Shown: positions 1 through 9,902 of the stretch, one piece after another
Layout of the letters: each line of letters begins with the position of its first letter
How positions within the stretch are numbered: position 1 is the first letter of the stretch
Origin: Trypanosoma brucei
Taxonomy: Eukaryota
Assembly (NCBI GenBank): GCA_000002445.1
Contig: AE017150.2
Location: 416,001-480,000, forward strand
Direction: 5' to 3'
Length of the DNA stretch: 64,000 nucleotides
Program-made: the position numbers and the translations under genes
The notes under the pieces: model-generated
Database searches by the model: none
What the model was told of the DNA's origin: nothing
What the model saw: the letters and a program-made list of their open reading frames with translations, nothing else

Positions 1-562
1 AGCTCACCTCCCTCTTTTATTTATTTATTTTTTGACTTTGCACCGCCCGCAGCCAGCAATCATTTGCAGCGTTTAAAGAATGTCCACACACACACACACA
101 CAACTTCTTTAACCACACCGCTCCCATATAAAGTAAGCTTACTCATATTTACTCCCTCCGTCAGCCTCGCAAACACAAGTCGATGTCTCAGTTCTATTTT
201 TCCGGCTGTAATGCGGCCCCTTTTCAAACGAACAAATGAACGGCGACACCAAAGGACAAAAAGTTTCCGAAATCATTTCCCCAGTCCGGAGCGCGCCCTC
301 ATTTCATCCTTTTCATCGCATAGCCAACCCCATTCATTCATTCATTCATTGATTCACCTTCAGCCCATACAAATCATCTGCCGAGGTTTCCCAACATTTA
401 TTCATTATGTATTGCGGCTTGTATCATCTCCCTTTTGAAATTCACCGCCCCATTTTCGTCCATCACGTGTTTGTTTGCCTTTGCATTCGTTTGTACACCT
501 GCTTCTAAACCTCCTTTCTTTTTTTTTTTCGTCACCTTCAATTCCCGCCGAGGTAATTTCCC

Positions 563-2620
563 TTACTTGCACATATGGTCAAAAGAATTGGGATTGAGGC
601 ACTGCCAATATCCACCGTGCGTTTCTCGCACTTGTTGCACCAATTCCTCAGCTTGACACCACAACATTCGACTCCTCGGCAGCTTCGACCGCGATCCGTT
701 GCTTTCCAGCAGGGCCCGCATTACCGCTTCCGAGCACCGCGCCACATTTGACAAGTTATATCCTCCCTCAAGCACTACAACAAGTTTGGGGCACACAGCA
801 GCGAGGGCTTTCACAAGCAGATAATAACCAGAAGGTGTTACTTGCATGGAGCCAAGGAGATCCCTAGCAGCAGAATCGAAACCGCAGCTCACAAACACAA
901 CCTCTGGTTCAAACTCCCGCATCACCGGTAGTACCACGTCTAGGACAACTTGCAGATACTCCAAGTCTCCCATGTTATGGGTAGGCCATGGTATATTTAT
1001 GTTCTTTCCCTTCGCTTCTGGGTTGGCATCGCCCCCAACGCGATCCATATGCCCCGTGGAAGGATAAAATGGTCTCGGTTCGTTTGAAGAATCCTCATCA
1101 GAATAAGAATACCCCTCTGAGTCACCAGAGAGTTTTCCCGCCCTTTCCTGTGACTCAGACGATGTTGACGAGTCGCTTTCACTACCGCTACTACCTGATT
1201 CGGGGAATCTCGCAAGCTCCTCTGCGTTAACGCCGAAAATTCGAGCCAACTCGTCGTCCTGATTCGCCATTTCCTCCGCCAGTTTGTTGTAGTCCACAGG
1301 TTTGCGCTGTCTCCTACACGACGACTCTTTTTTTTCTTCATCATCCTGTGGTGACTCGTGTTTACACTCACCGCCAGTTGATTCCTCCTCCTTCACGGGA
1401 GACCTTTCATTCGGCACCGTACCACAAGCTAAACCTTCCGCTACTTCCTGATCAGTTTCCTTATTCCTCACGCTGTCGTCACCACCGCAGAGCTCCGGTT
1501 TCACATCCTCAATTGGGTCCATCAACGCGGCCAAGTCATCTAATTCCACGATGTTGTCCACTACAGTGGGGTTCTTCCGCAAGATATGCCCCCGTTTCGA
1601 ACCATGTTGGTGAATAGACACAACTACAACTGAGGGATCTTCGTAAAATATGTTTTCGGTACCATCGCAATGATGAACATCCCAATCAATCACAAGTACA
1701 CGCGGCTCTGCTGCGGTTGAAGCAGGTTCACAAGGGCCACCGGAGCTACGGGGAGAAGGTGCGGCGTTACCACCTTCTTGCAACTTCTTTAGTTCCCGCT
1801 GGGCCGCACGCACGGCAACTGCAACATTGTTGAAGAAACAAAATCCTGACGCCCTGTCACGTCCCGCATGGTGACCTGGTGGGCGAATCAATGCAAATGA
1901 ATTGCGCACCTCACCGCGGACGACACTCAGAGCAGCCGCTATTGCGCAACCGGCCGCAGCACGCGCCGCTCTAGATGTATTTTCATTTGCGTAGAGGTCC
2001 TCGCCCACATTGCAGCTCTCTCCAGGCTTGCGTAGCAGCGTAGCAACCTCTAGTTGGTCTACACTATCAATGTGCTCAGTCGAGTGCACAAGGCGCAATT
2101 CCCTTGTGCGAGCGGAGCGGTGATGCAAACGACGGCAGCATTCGAGAAGCCCAATCACCTCGAGGTGATCTAATGTTCGTTGGAGTCTTCCGGGGCGTTC
2201 GTAGTCTCCCGGATCGGTAGAGGCATGTAAAAGCGTAACTTCATCATAAGCGACACCTGTACCTTCAGCTTCAATTGCGGTGATGTCCAGAGTGGGGGTC
2301 ATAGTTGTCAGTGTAATTGAGGTTTCGTTTACCTCCGGAATCATCATATCGAGGATTGTTGGGAGGGGATCGATGGGTGGAAGTGCTGTGGGCAGCACCG
2401 AAGGCACTCCGTGTGCTTGACCCATCCAATTGTGAATATAAGTTTCAAGACGGTCCGTGCAGCGCCGGAAATTTGGATGTGACATTTCTTCATCATGATG
2501 CGGCTCACCACCTTCTTTCCTGGTCGCGACGGAAGATGATGAAGTTTCTTTTTTAACCTTTTTGTTCACCCGCTTGTCATCGTTCTCCACACTTTCTGCT
2601 TCACGCGTTTCTTTGCCCAT
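563..2620 (-). CDS. DAC3: Histone deacetylase, class-II-like zinc-dependent (685 aa) with a ~150-aa acidic/Ser-rich insertion inside the catalytic domain
   Basis: Complete HDAC motif set is present: RPPGHHAGRDRASGFCFFNNVAVA (HH pair), VIDWDVHHCDGTENIF (Asp/His zinc ligands), SCGFDSAARD (third zinc ligand Asp) and VLEGGYNLSNV (catalytic Tyr). The start codon is ATG at 2618-2620. The DAC3 assignment rests on size, class-II-like motifs and my unverified recollection of T. brucei chromosome 2 synteny; confidence in the DAC3 symbol specifically is about 0.55. Confidence 0.85.
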   Translation of the reverse strand: MGKETREAESVENDDKRVNKKVKKETSSSSVATRKEGGEPHHDEEMSHPNFRRCTDRLETYIHNWMGQAHGVPSVLPTALPPIDPLPTILDMMIPEVNETSITLTTMTPTLDITAIEAEGTGVAYDEVTLLHASTDPGDYERPGRLQRTLDHLEVIGLLECCRRLHHRSARTRELRLVHSTEHIDSVDQLEVATLLRKPGESCNVGEDLYANENTSRAARAAAGCAIAAALSVVRGEVRNSFALIRPPGHHAGRDRASGFCFFNNVAVAVRAAQRELKKLQEGGNAAPSPRSSGGPCEPASTAAEPRVLVIDWDVHHCDGTENIFYEDPSVVVVSIHQHGSKRGHILRKNPTVVDNIVELDDLAALMDPIEDVKPELCGGDDSVRNKETDQEVAEGLACGTVPNERSPVKEEESTGGECKHESPQDDEEKKESSCRRQRKPVDYNKLAEEMANQDDELARIFGVNAEELARFPESGSSGSESDSSTSSESQERAGKLSGDSEGYSYSDEDSSNEPRPFYPSTGHMDRVGGDANPEAKGKNINIPWPTHNMGDLEYLQVVLDVVLPVMREFEPEVVFVSCGFDSAARDLLGSMQVTPSGYYLLVKALAAVCPKLVVVLEGGYNLSNVARCSEAVMRALLESNGSRSKLPRSRMLWCQAEELVQQVRETHGGYWQCLNPNSFDHMCK

Positions 2621-3665
2621 TGCGGTTGCGGTTCAACAAATGGAACGAAACTGCAGCGCAGGCGGTATGGAGAGCAATACCACGTGGTTATTGGCCCAAC
2701 CAGTAACCACGTGGTGCGTCGTGGGGGATGAGATGCTGAAAGAATGCTTTCGCCTTTGAGCCGCTTCCCCCCTTTTGGTTTCACTTTAATTATTATCCTT
2801 GTCACGACGAGTAGAAGACTTCACTGCCGGTGGTGCACGTGGTCGTGATGGCGATATGCGCTACGTCCCCTTTCCTTTCCTTTCCCTTCCCTTCTCTTCT
2901 TTTGTTTTTTGTGTGCGTGTGTTCATGAAAAACCAAGAATGGAGAGGCGCCTAATTGGAAGGGTGATCCACCCGGGGACGCCACATAAACACAGTCGACA
3001 TTTTCCTAATCCATTTTTTCCCCTTTACCAACTTCCCTTTTCTTTCTTTTTTTCATTTTTAATTTCCCCTTATTCCCCCGCAACCCCCACAATATGGCAG
3101 GCAACGTCACAAAACTGTCACGACGCCAGCACCATCCACCAACCAAGACACGTACACTAAAAGGAAGGAAAGACACCAAAAAAAGGGCAACAACTCGCAA
3201 CCAAAACCGGCAGTAGTGCAGGTCTACGCCATGGCATTCATGGGTATGTGTGTGTGTTTGGTGTTTGTTTGGTGTTAACCTCTTTTTTTTCTTTTTTCTT
3301 TTTTCTCTGTTTCCCACCCCCGCCCTGCTGGTGTCGAATTGTTAAAAGCTTTACTGAGGCTGAAGATATCCGAAGGCCTCCCGCATCCCCCTCTCTTCAA
3401 AGGTTTGACACAAATGTAGTCCTCCTACCCAAACATCCGCATGTGCTGCGCGATACTTAAATGGTCTTAGACGGAAAGGCAAAGACAAAATGCACGCTAT
3501 TGCACCTCAGTGTACTTTCGTCTCGTTGGACGAGTGAAGGAAAAGAGGACGGGTAATGCACAGAAAAAAACCAAATTTCTCACCACCCAGAGTCGCTTCT
3601 CCTCCTCCCCCCCCAAAAAAAAAAAATAATAATAAAATCGTGGCGGTCATACAACATTTGACATT

Positions 3666-4238
3666 TCAGGCTGCTGTGGCTTTTCCCAGTCCCTCTTCGC
3701 ATATCAGATCCATCGCATGTTTGAACACCTCCGCTCCAAATCGCCTCGTCACTTCAGATCCATAACCTGCAGGTGTACCCAACAGATCCGATTGATTTTC
3801 TCCTATAATTCCACATGCCACATAAACGGCAACACCTGAAGTAAACTCTCGCTCCAGCCTCCTCGAGAGCCGACGCGCGAGGGAATCTGCAAACACCGCC
3901 TGTGGATTGGGAGCCCCAACGCCTACTTCATGTTGTGCTTCTTTAAAACCAAGCTGTGGAAGAGCCGTATCGTCAACGAGTGTTGTAGCGGCACTGTCGC
4001 CTGAAACTCCACTAAAAGACACGGCGCAGGCCCCAAATGGTGGTGGTGGAGCGCTGAATCCCTCACGGGTCATGGCAATGTGAAACCAAAAACAACGACG
4101 GTTGAACGAAACCATCTGAAGTGTCACACAAGCGATGGGAACGCGACGCGGGGCATTTTCTTCCAATTCAAAAACATCATCCGCCGGCACTTCATGGGTG
4201 AAGGTAAAATGTCGTGTCGCTAAACTGGGGGCAGGCAT
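3666..4238 (-). CDS. Hypothetical protein, 190 aa, no recognisable motif
   Basis: ATG-initiated ORF in the same orientation as the surrounding transcription unit. A purine-rich tract on the plus strand (a minus-strand polypyrimidine tract) lies upstream at about 4420-4445. The sequence is non-repetitive. Confidence 0.5.
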   Translation of the reverse strand: MPAPSLATRHFTFTHEVPADDVFELEENAPRRVPIACVTLQMVSFNRRCFWFHIAMTREGFSAPPPPFGACAVSFSGVSGDSAATTLVDDTALPQLGFKEAQHEVGVGAPNPQAVFADSLARRLSRRLEREFTSGVAVYVACGIIGENQSDLLGTPAGYGSEVTRRFGAEVFKHAMDLICEEGLGKATAA

Positions 4239-4516
4239 TTATTATATGCGCGTTGCCCCTCTACAAATAAATAAACAAATATAAACTTCAAAACTCTGAA
4301 AGTTAGTGGGGGAAGATGGGCCGTATTTTATCAGGTACTGAGACGCACTGAAAAAAAAAATATATGAAGTGGTCCGCACTTCCCCTTCCCTTCCCTTCCT
4401 TCCAGTGGCTTTCCCGACAGGGGGGGGGGGAAAGAAAAAACGGGACTTAAGCGGTCAAAACACGAGCTTGAAAAAAAAAATTGTGTGCAGGAGCTTTTTG
4501 GCATCTCTCCTAAGGG

Positions 4517-7500
4517 TTACGGCATGGCCACCGTTGCCGTGGTTACGAAGGAAGGTAATGTTCGGGATCTCTCTTCATTTTTTTCACCGTCATTCCCCCG
4601 TCCTTCCATTTTGGCCCCCTCACCCTCAACTTCATGTGTTGCACCAATGCCAACACTTTCAGTACGAAGCATCAGGTCCATTTGCTTCTCAAAGACGCCT
4701 TGAACACCATGTGAGAAAGCGTGCGTTTCCGTCAACCACTGTGACAACCAATTTTCTACTTCATCCCCCTGTAAGACAAGGTGGTGCACCGGAGTATCTA
4801 ACGGAAAGTTGCTGATGTCAATATTTGGCTGCACTGCCGACGTCACCGATCCGTCCTCTCCTTGCAGCATCAGTTCACCAAGGGCATCGGTAACATAAAT
4901 TAGAGGAATACAACTGTTAAAACTATCAAGACTAAACTTAAACTCACGCTCGTTGCTGCTGGATGCCACGCTGGACCCATCCCCATTCTCATTACCTTCC
5001 GAATAACAAACGCTACTCATCATGCCTGCATCCTCAAGGATACACAACTGGACGTAATCGCTGAAACCGAGCACCACCGCATCCCCACCTCTGATGCTGC
5101 CTCCCTCTACCGCCACAGCATAGAGAGTACTAAAAGCCCCACGTGCTATGGATCGGCTCTTCGCTGCACCGATTGTGGTTTCATAGACAATTGGAAGTAA
5201 GGGGATAATACCGGCGCCGTCAGGTTGTGATGCATTCGAACCACGCTGACGGTTCACTGTCCTTATGGTAACGCTGTTCTGTTCTGCACTAATTACACGC
5301 TTCAGTTGTTCAACCCCGAGGTGGAAACGAGGCGTGCGATTCGTAGCAGCACGGTGACGCAGCCAGCCAAGCGAAAATTGGGTCAACATGCCATCCAAAC
5401 ATTGTAACAGCTTATCACCCTCCCCGGTAGTTTCCGGTAGACTTACCAGCTTTTCCTCAGGCTTCATTTCTGCCTCTTTCATTATAGATTTAATCCGCTG
5501 TCTTATGTGGCGCAACAGCCGCAGTGTTGTGAGTGCAGCCGTGCTCACACCCGCTCCCCGCAGCTCGGCGCGCCACGCCTCAACGACGTTACGGGCGTGA
5601 GCAAAGTTTTCCTCCCCACTCCAACCTCTGCTGCATCGCTGCAAGTCACGGTAGAACGCAAGCAGACGGAGAAAAAATGTGCACTGTGGTTCTACTTCCC
5701 GCTGTGGCTTAATGAGATCCAGGACAGTGTAAATAACCTCAGAGTCGCACTGTTGCAGCATGAGCTTAGCGGCGAGCAACTGCACTACACAGGAGGGCAT
5801 AACGAGTGGATCCAACTGAGAAAGACTAAAGTAGCGGGCCGCGTCATGTAGGGCACACTGCTCTGATAACAGTAATGCTGCTGAATTCTCCGAAACCTCA
5901 GCTAATCGAACATTCGGAGCGGCTAACTGATTGTAGAGCAGGACCGCCACGGGAGCGTTGCGAGCAGAGCTCGCAACGCTCAGCAGAGCAGCTGTCAGAC
6001 TGGAAGAGGTGCACACTTCTGCTGCTGATGACTGTTGCACCCGCGAGAAAAACATGTGCGCAGCTTCCATCTTAGCAATGGGGTCCATTGCAGCACGAGC
6101 CAAAGCATTCAAGGCGGCACAAGCTGCCTCACGTACAGTACACCATGTATCTCGGAAGTAACCAACATCGGTTTGCGAAGTGAGGAGCAGCACATTATTT
6201 TGCACAAAGGCATAATGTGCTGCATTGGCACCCACACACTGGGAGAGCGCAACTAATAGTTTTAACTTAGTAGCGGCTAAAGTTATCACCGTGTGGTCAC
6301 CAGCATCACTTGATTCGATAGGATCATTATTCCTGACGTCAGTTCCACTGCAACCCTCAGTAGCTGCACCGCACATCTCGTCACCGTTTAAGATACTATT
6401 ATTTTCGTTAGCGGAACTTTGGTCCATAGTTTGGGAACACTCTTCCGCCATCGCATTAAACTCTTCAAACAGTCTGCAGGCCGAGGTAAAGTCACCGCTG
6501 GTCCGGAACGCCAAAATCGCCAAACCCACGTCATTTCCCAAATCACAAACACGTTTTTTGTAGTCAACCCCGGTATCATTGCCACTACCACCTCCTGTGT
6601 ATTGCTTCGCCCTACCTTGCTGTTCAGCATAGAACGGAAGCAGCTTGTTAAGCACATCAACAGCCAACACGCCATCTTGAAGGACACTCACCAGTTGCAG
6701 TCTGGCGCGCAACTCGCTCATCATTTCGTACGAATCTTGAAGTTGTTGTCGGTGATTGCCAACTGAGTGGTGGAGCGGGAGCATATCCATTAGCTCATAA
6801 GCGCGATGCTTTTCTTCGCCAAGCGCCCACTGCAGCCGTCCCATCTCGCCCCGGTCGCTGAATGGTTCCCACCCACTGGTATAAGTTTCTTTAGCCTTGT
6901 CACCACTAGCCTTTTGCTTCTGCTGCTCCTGATGTGCTTCACGCCTATCCAAAAACTTTTGAAGCTTGGAGGCCTTCCATTGAATTCGCTCAGCCGCATT
7001 TTTTAATAAAATGGTGGCTGCCGCCGAGGGGACAACCATCTCACCCAACTTATTCCCGGCGCTGGAAACGGCATCAAGAACCTTCCGCAGCACAGTCACA
7101 GGAGGTATGTGGCAAGCTACGCCAGCCCGGCAGGCCTCAGTAAAAGTTGAAAAGTTATAGCGAAGTGCTTCCGGTTCTAAGGCGGACGAAGCAGGCGGCA
7201 ACGTCGTTGAGGCAATTGAAGAACATACAACATGTGCGTCACACGTGGAGGAGCCACAAGCCGTAGGCAACTGCTGCGTGCGCTGCTCCATGAGATCCAT
7301 AACGCCTAATTGTTCCAGCAGGGAGATATTTGCTGTGACCGGCTGGTCTATTGGGAAAACCACACCTCCCATATCATTGTTATTATTATTATTATTGATA
7401 TTATTGTTTCGGCTAACATCACCTCCACGCACGTCTCTTAGGAGTTGCTTGAAGAGTGCTTGTTTGGGATAGTTATGCTGGTGCCTGTTGTGTCGACTAC

Positions 7501-7636
7501 CAGCTGCCGCCGGCTCGTGCAGATTCTCAGTTTGGCTAAACATAAATGTGACCATACCAACAGAAAGGGCCCCGGTATGTGTTGCTGTCACTGGGAAGCG
7601 CACACGCCGTGACGTACAGCAGTGCCTCCTCCACAT
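4517..7636 (-). CDS. Hypothetical large protein, 1039 aa, mostly helical by composition, with an N-terminal poly-Asn run
   Basis: Long ATG-initiated ORF on the unit strand with a polypyrimidine tract upstream (plus 7696-7735). The asparagine run NNNINNNNNNND is encoded by an (AAT/ATT)n stretch at about 7375-7410. I did not recognise any domain. Confidence 0.7.
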   Translation of the reverse strand: MWRRHCCTSRRVRFPVTATHTGALSVGMVTFMFSQTENLHEPAAAGSRHNRHQHNYPKQALFKQLLRDVRGGDVSRNNNINNNNNNNDMGGVVFPIDQPVTANISLLEQLGVMDLMEQRTQQLPTACGSSTCDAHVVCSSIASTTLPPASSALEPEALRYNFSTFTEACRAGVACHIPPVTVLRKVLDAVSSAGNKLGEMVVPSAAATILLKNAAERIQWKASKLQKFLDRREAHQEQQKQKASGDKAKETYTSGWEPFSDRGEMGRLQWALGEEKHRAYELMDMLPLHHSVGNHRQQLQDSYEMMSELRARLQLVSVLQDGVLAVDVLNKLLPFYAEQQGRAKQYTGGGSGNDTGVDYKKRVCDLGNDVGLAILAFRTSGDFTSACRLFEEFNAMAEECSQTMDQSSANENNSILNGDEMCGAATEGCSGTDVRNNDPIESSDAGDHTVITLAATKLKLLVALSQCVGANAAHYAFVQNNVLLLTSQTDVGYFRDTWCTVREAACAALNALARAAMDPIAKMEAAHMFFSRVQQSSAAEVCTSSSLTAALLSVASSARNAPVAVLLYNQLAAPNVRLAEVSENSAALLLSEQCALHDAARYFSLSQLDPLVMPSCVVQLLAAKLMLQQCDSEVIYTVLDLIKPQREVEPQCTFFLRLLAFYRDLQRCSRGWSGEENFAHARNVVEAWRAELRGAGVSTAALTTLRLLRHIRQRIKSIMKEAEMKPEEKLVSLPETTGEGDKLLQCLDGMLTQFSLGWLRHRAATNRTPRFHLGVEQLKRVISAEQNSVTIRTVNRQRGSNASQPDGAGIIPLLPIVYETTIGAAKSRSIARGAFSTLYAVAVEGGSIRGGDAVVLGFSDYVQLCILEDAGMMSSVCYSEGNENGDGSSVASSSNEREFKFSLDSFNSCIPLIYVTDALGELMLQGEDGSVTSAVQPNIDISNFPLDTPVHHLVLQGDEVENWLSQWLTETHAFSHGVQGVFEKQMDLMLRTESVGIGATHEVEGEGAKMEGRGNDGEKNEERSRTLPSFVTTATVAMP

Positions 7637-7695
7637 AGCACAGGCCGATACCGCTGCGACCCTCTCTAACCTTCAACTTTAACTCTTCACTGCAT

Positions 7696-7735
7696 GGAAA
7701 AAACCACCAGAAAGAAAGAAGAGTAAAAAAAAAAC
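7696..7735 (-). promoter_or_regulatory. Polypyrimidine tract (minus strand): candidate trans-splice acceptor region for the 1039-aa gene
   Basis: Plus strand reads ggaaaaaaccaccagaaagaaagaagagtaaaaaaaaaacac, lying 60-100 nt upstream of the ATG at 7636. Confidence 0.35.
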
Positions 7736-7846
7736 ACTGGCTTTTGTGCATCCGAGCTATCACACATATCCTCACGCACATGTCCTCTAATCACCGTACC
7801 TTTGCTTCGATGTGACGTCGATGCACGCTAGCAAATAGTGTCCGCG

Positions 7847-7848
<2 letters not shown>

Positions 7849-7912
<64 letters not shown>
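7849..7912. repeat. Compound microsatellite (AC)n(AT)n
   Basis: Direct reading: acacacac...atatatat across about 64 nt in an inter-CDS spacer. Confidence 0.95.
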
Positions 7913-8197
7913 GTTATGTGAAAATGAACTGAAGAGTAGTTACCTTCATGTTAACTTCCCTTCGTCTCCTGTTGCTTGCCGTATCTCTTAACCCATCGTT
8001 CAGTGCGGCACACCCTATTCAAATGATTGCCGGTTTTGCAAGCCTGCGAAAAAAGGAAGTCAATTACTTTGGTAGTGAAAAGGAGGGTCAACCCCACCCT
8101 CTGACTGCATAGATGCACTTCTATAAAGAAGGATCAAAACGACGACAAACCGCAGAAAATAATAATGATAATGGCGAACCGAGTGTATCACATGCTT

Positions 8198-9139
8198 TTA
8201 GTTTCGCTGCCGAGAGAGCGGTTCCTCTTCTTCCCCAATCAGCTCAGCCGTAACGGCAGTTGGGTTTACGACATACTTCACTGCCCCGCCCCGAGTTGTC
8301 ACGACACGGCAGACAGCGTTCCCACAAGTGGAGCAACATCCCTCTAGAAGCGCCGGATCGCTGCGTTTGTTCACATCCCTCAAACACGTCTCTCGCCATG
8401 TCTTCGGCTTCAACAGTTCACACCGACCGCTGCGTGTCGTGCGGGTCATTTCCCCCTCAATGGGAAGCCCTCGCGCTGCAAGTGTTGCCGTAAGCGGTGA
8501 CGAAATAAATTCCCTTGAAGAACTGAGATCCCCACGGTTGGAGTCGGCTGCCATCGCGCCCCTACCACGGCCCACGGCACTGCGCTGTAGGAGTCCACGC
8601 AGCTGAAGCGCTTTTGCACTTGCCGGCGCGGTAAAGCACGGCCAACCATCTTTATGTGACCCGAGAGTGCTGGCTACTGTGAAGTCATTGCTGCTAAACA
8701 GCGTGGAACTGCACTCCCTGCAATTATATGAAACAACATATCGTTCGGCATCCGTACCATTCACTGGCATTCGATGAAGTCTTTCCATAACTGCGGTTTC
8801 TCCGCCAACTGGTGTGAAGGGCGGATCCAATACGAGAGGAGGGACATCTGCTAATGTTGGGGGGCCACTTCCTTTCGCACACGGAAGCCTTTTGTGATGT
8901 TGTTCTCGCTGCTGCTGCTGCTGCCGAGCACATTCGCTCCCCTGTGGCGTGTGGCAGACATCATTAGTAAGCGAAGAAGTGTCGGCTCCACGTTTTATAT
9001 GCCTTTCCCGAGCGCCCGCGAGCCACAACATGGACTGAGGAATGGGCCCTGTATGTATGCGACGGCATTTGCTGACAGCTCGGTATTTGACCGCTAGCTG
9101 CACTGTACGTCTAAACGTGTTTTGTAGATGTGAATGCAT
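8198..9139 (-). CDS. Zinc-ribbon protein with a degenerate MsrB/SelR-like (Mss4-like fold) domain, probably catalytically inactive
   Basis: The first half carries the MsrB signature Y-x-C-x-x-C...LFSS...GWPCF (YNCRECSSTLFSS....GWPCFTAP). A second Cys pair (CCSTCGNAVC) is followed by KYVVNPTAV where MsrB has RYC(I/V)NSA(A/S)L, so the catalytic Cys is replaced by Val and the HLGHVF histidines are also lost. The track ORF starts at TTG (9167-9169), so I trimmed it to the first in-frame ATG at 9139. Confidence 0.5.
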   Translation of the reverse strand: MHSHLQNTFRRTVQLAVKYRAVSKCRRIHTGPIPQSMLWLAGARERHIKRGADTSSLTNDVCHTPQGSECARQQQQQREQHHKRLPCAKGSGPPTLADVPPLVLDPPFTPVGGETAVMERLHRMPVNGTDAERYVVSYNCRECSSTLFSSNDFTVASTLGSHKDGWPCFTAPASAKALQLRGLLQRSAVGRGRGAMAADSNRGDLSSSREFISSPLTATLAARGLPIEGEMTRTTRSGRCELLKPKTWRETCLRDVNKRSDPALLEGCCSTCGNAVCRVVTTRGGAVKYVVNPTAVTAELIGEEEEPLSRQRN

Positions 9140-9862
9140 AATGAAATGCAGTGCTGCCTCAGTAGGCAAATATTTTCAAACCTTTCAGTCTTCCTCTGTG
9201 AATAATTTTGGCTTCAAATCAACCACCATCTATAAATGTCATTAAGTGTGGCGTGAAGAAGAAAAAGAGAACAGCAGTTGAGAACCACAAGGCAGGGCTC
9301 AAGCAAAATAGGGGAAAAAGAGAGAGATGCCTTATCGGAATGACCCGCATCATTGTGCATCGGGGCAGAGGCACTGCAAGGTTTTTGTCTTGTCTTAACT
9401 TTTGCGCAGGGTTGAGTAAAAGGCTACAAAAGCATCTCAATCGCAGTTGAAGCCATTCCACTTTTTCTTTTCATTTAGCTTTCTGTCGGATGAGGAGCTT
9501 ATACACGATGCCCGCCTTCCTTTTCTTTTTTTCTTTTCTTCTTTTCTGTTATTCCTCCTAGAGGTTTTAGAGATGTTACACTACTTAGTCGCGACTGGGT
9601 CAATTCTTTATAGAAATTTGTTATACGAAAGACAAGGGAATATAAATTCCCTGCAACAACTCACCTCAACTCCGAGTGACATGGCAACCTACCAATACGT
9701 AGTCACATTGCCGCACACCAACTCAAGCAGAAAAAAAATCAGAAAGAGTGAAAGAGTGTAAGAGAAAAAGAAAACAAAAAAAAACACAGAGCTCAATCTG
9801 AAGGATGCTAGTCCCCTCCTCACCATTTCTTTACCCTTCAATATCTACCTTACCACCCCGTC

Positions 9863-9893
<31 letters not shown>

Positions 9894-9902
9894 ATGCTTC
9901 AG

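Noticed and set aside
1590-1625. T-loop-like string (ggttcgaaac on the minus strand) that might indicate a tRNA
   Set aside because: It is embedded in the HDAC coding sequence, lacks a full cloverleaf (no matching acceptor or D-arm), and ends differently from the GGTTCGAATCC consensus.
4420-4433. G10-11 homopolymer (and a C13 run at about 41724-41736) as possible G-quadruplex or slippery regulatory elements
   Set aside because: These are single homopolymer runs in spacers. They are most simply part of the polypyrimidine/polypurine trans-splicing signal context, with no supporting repeated G-tracts.
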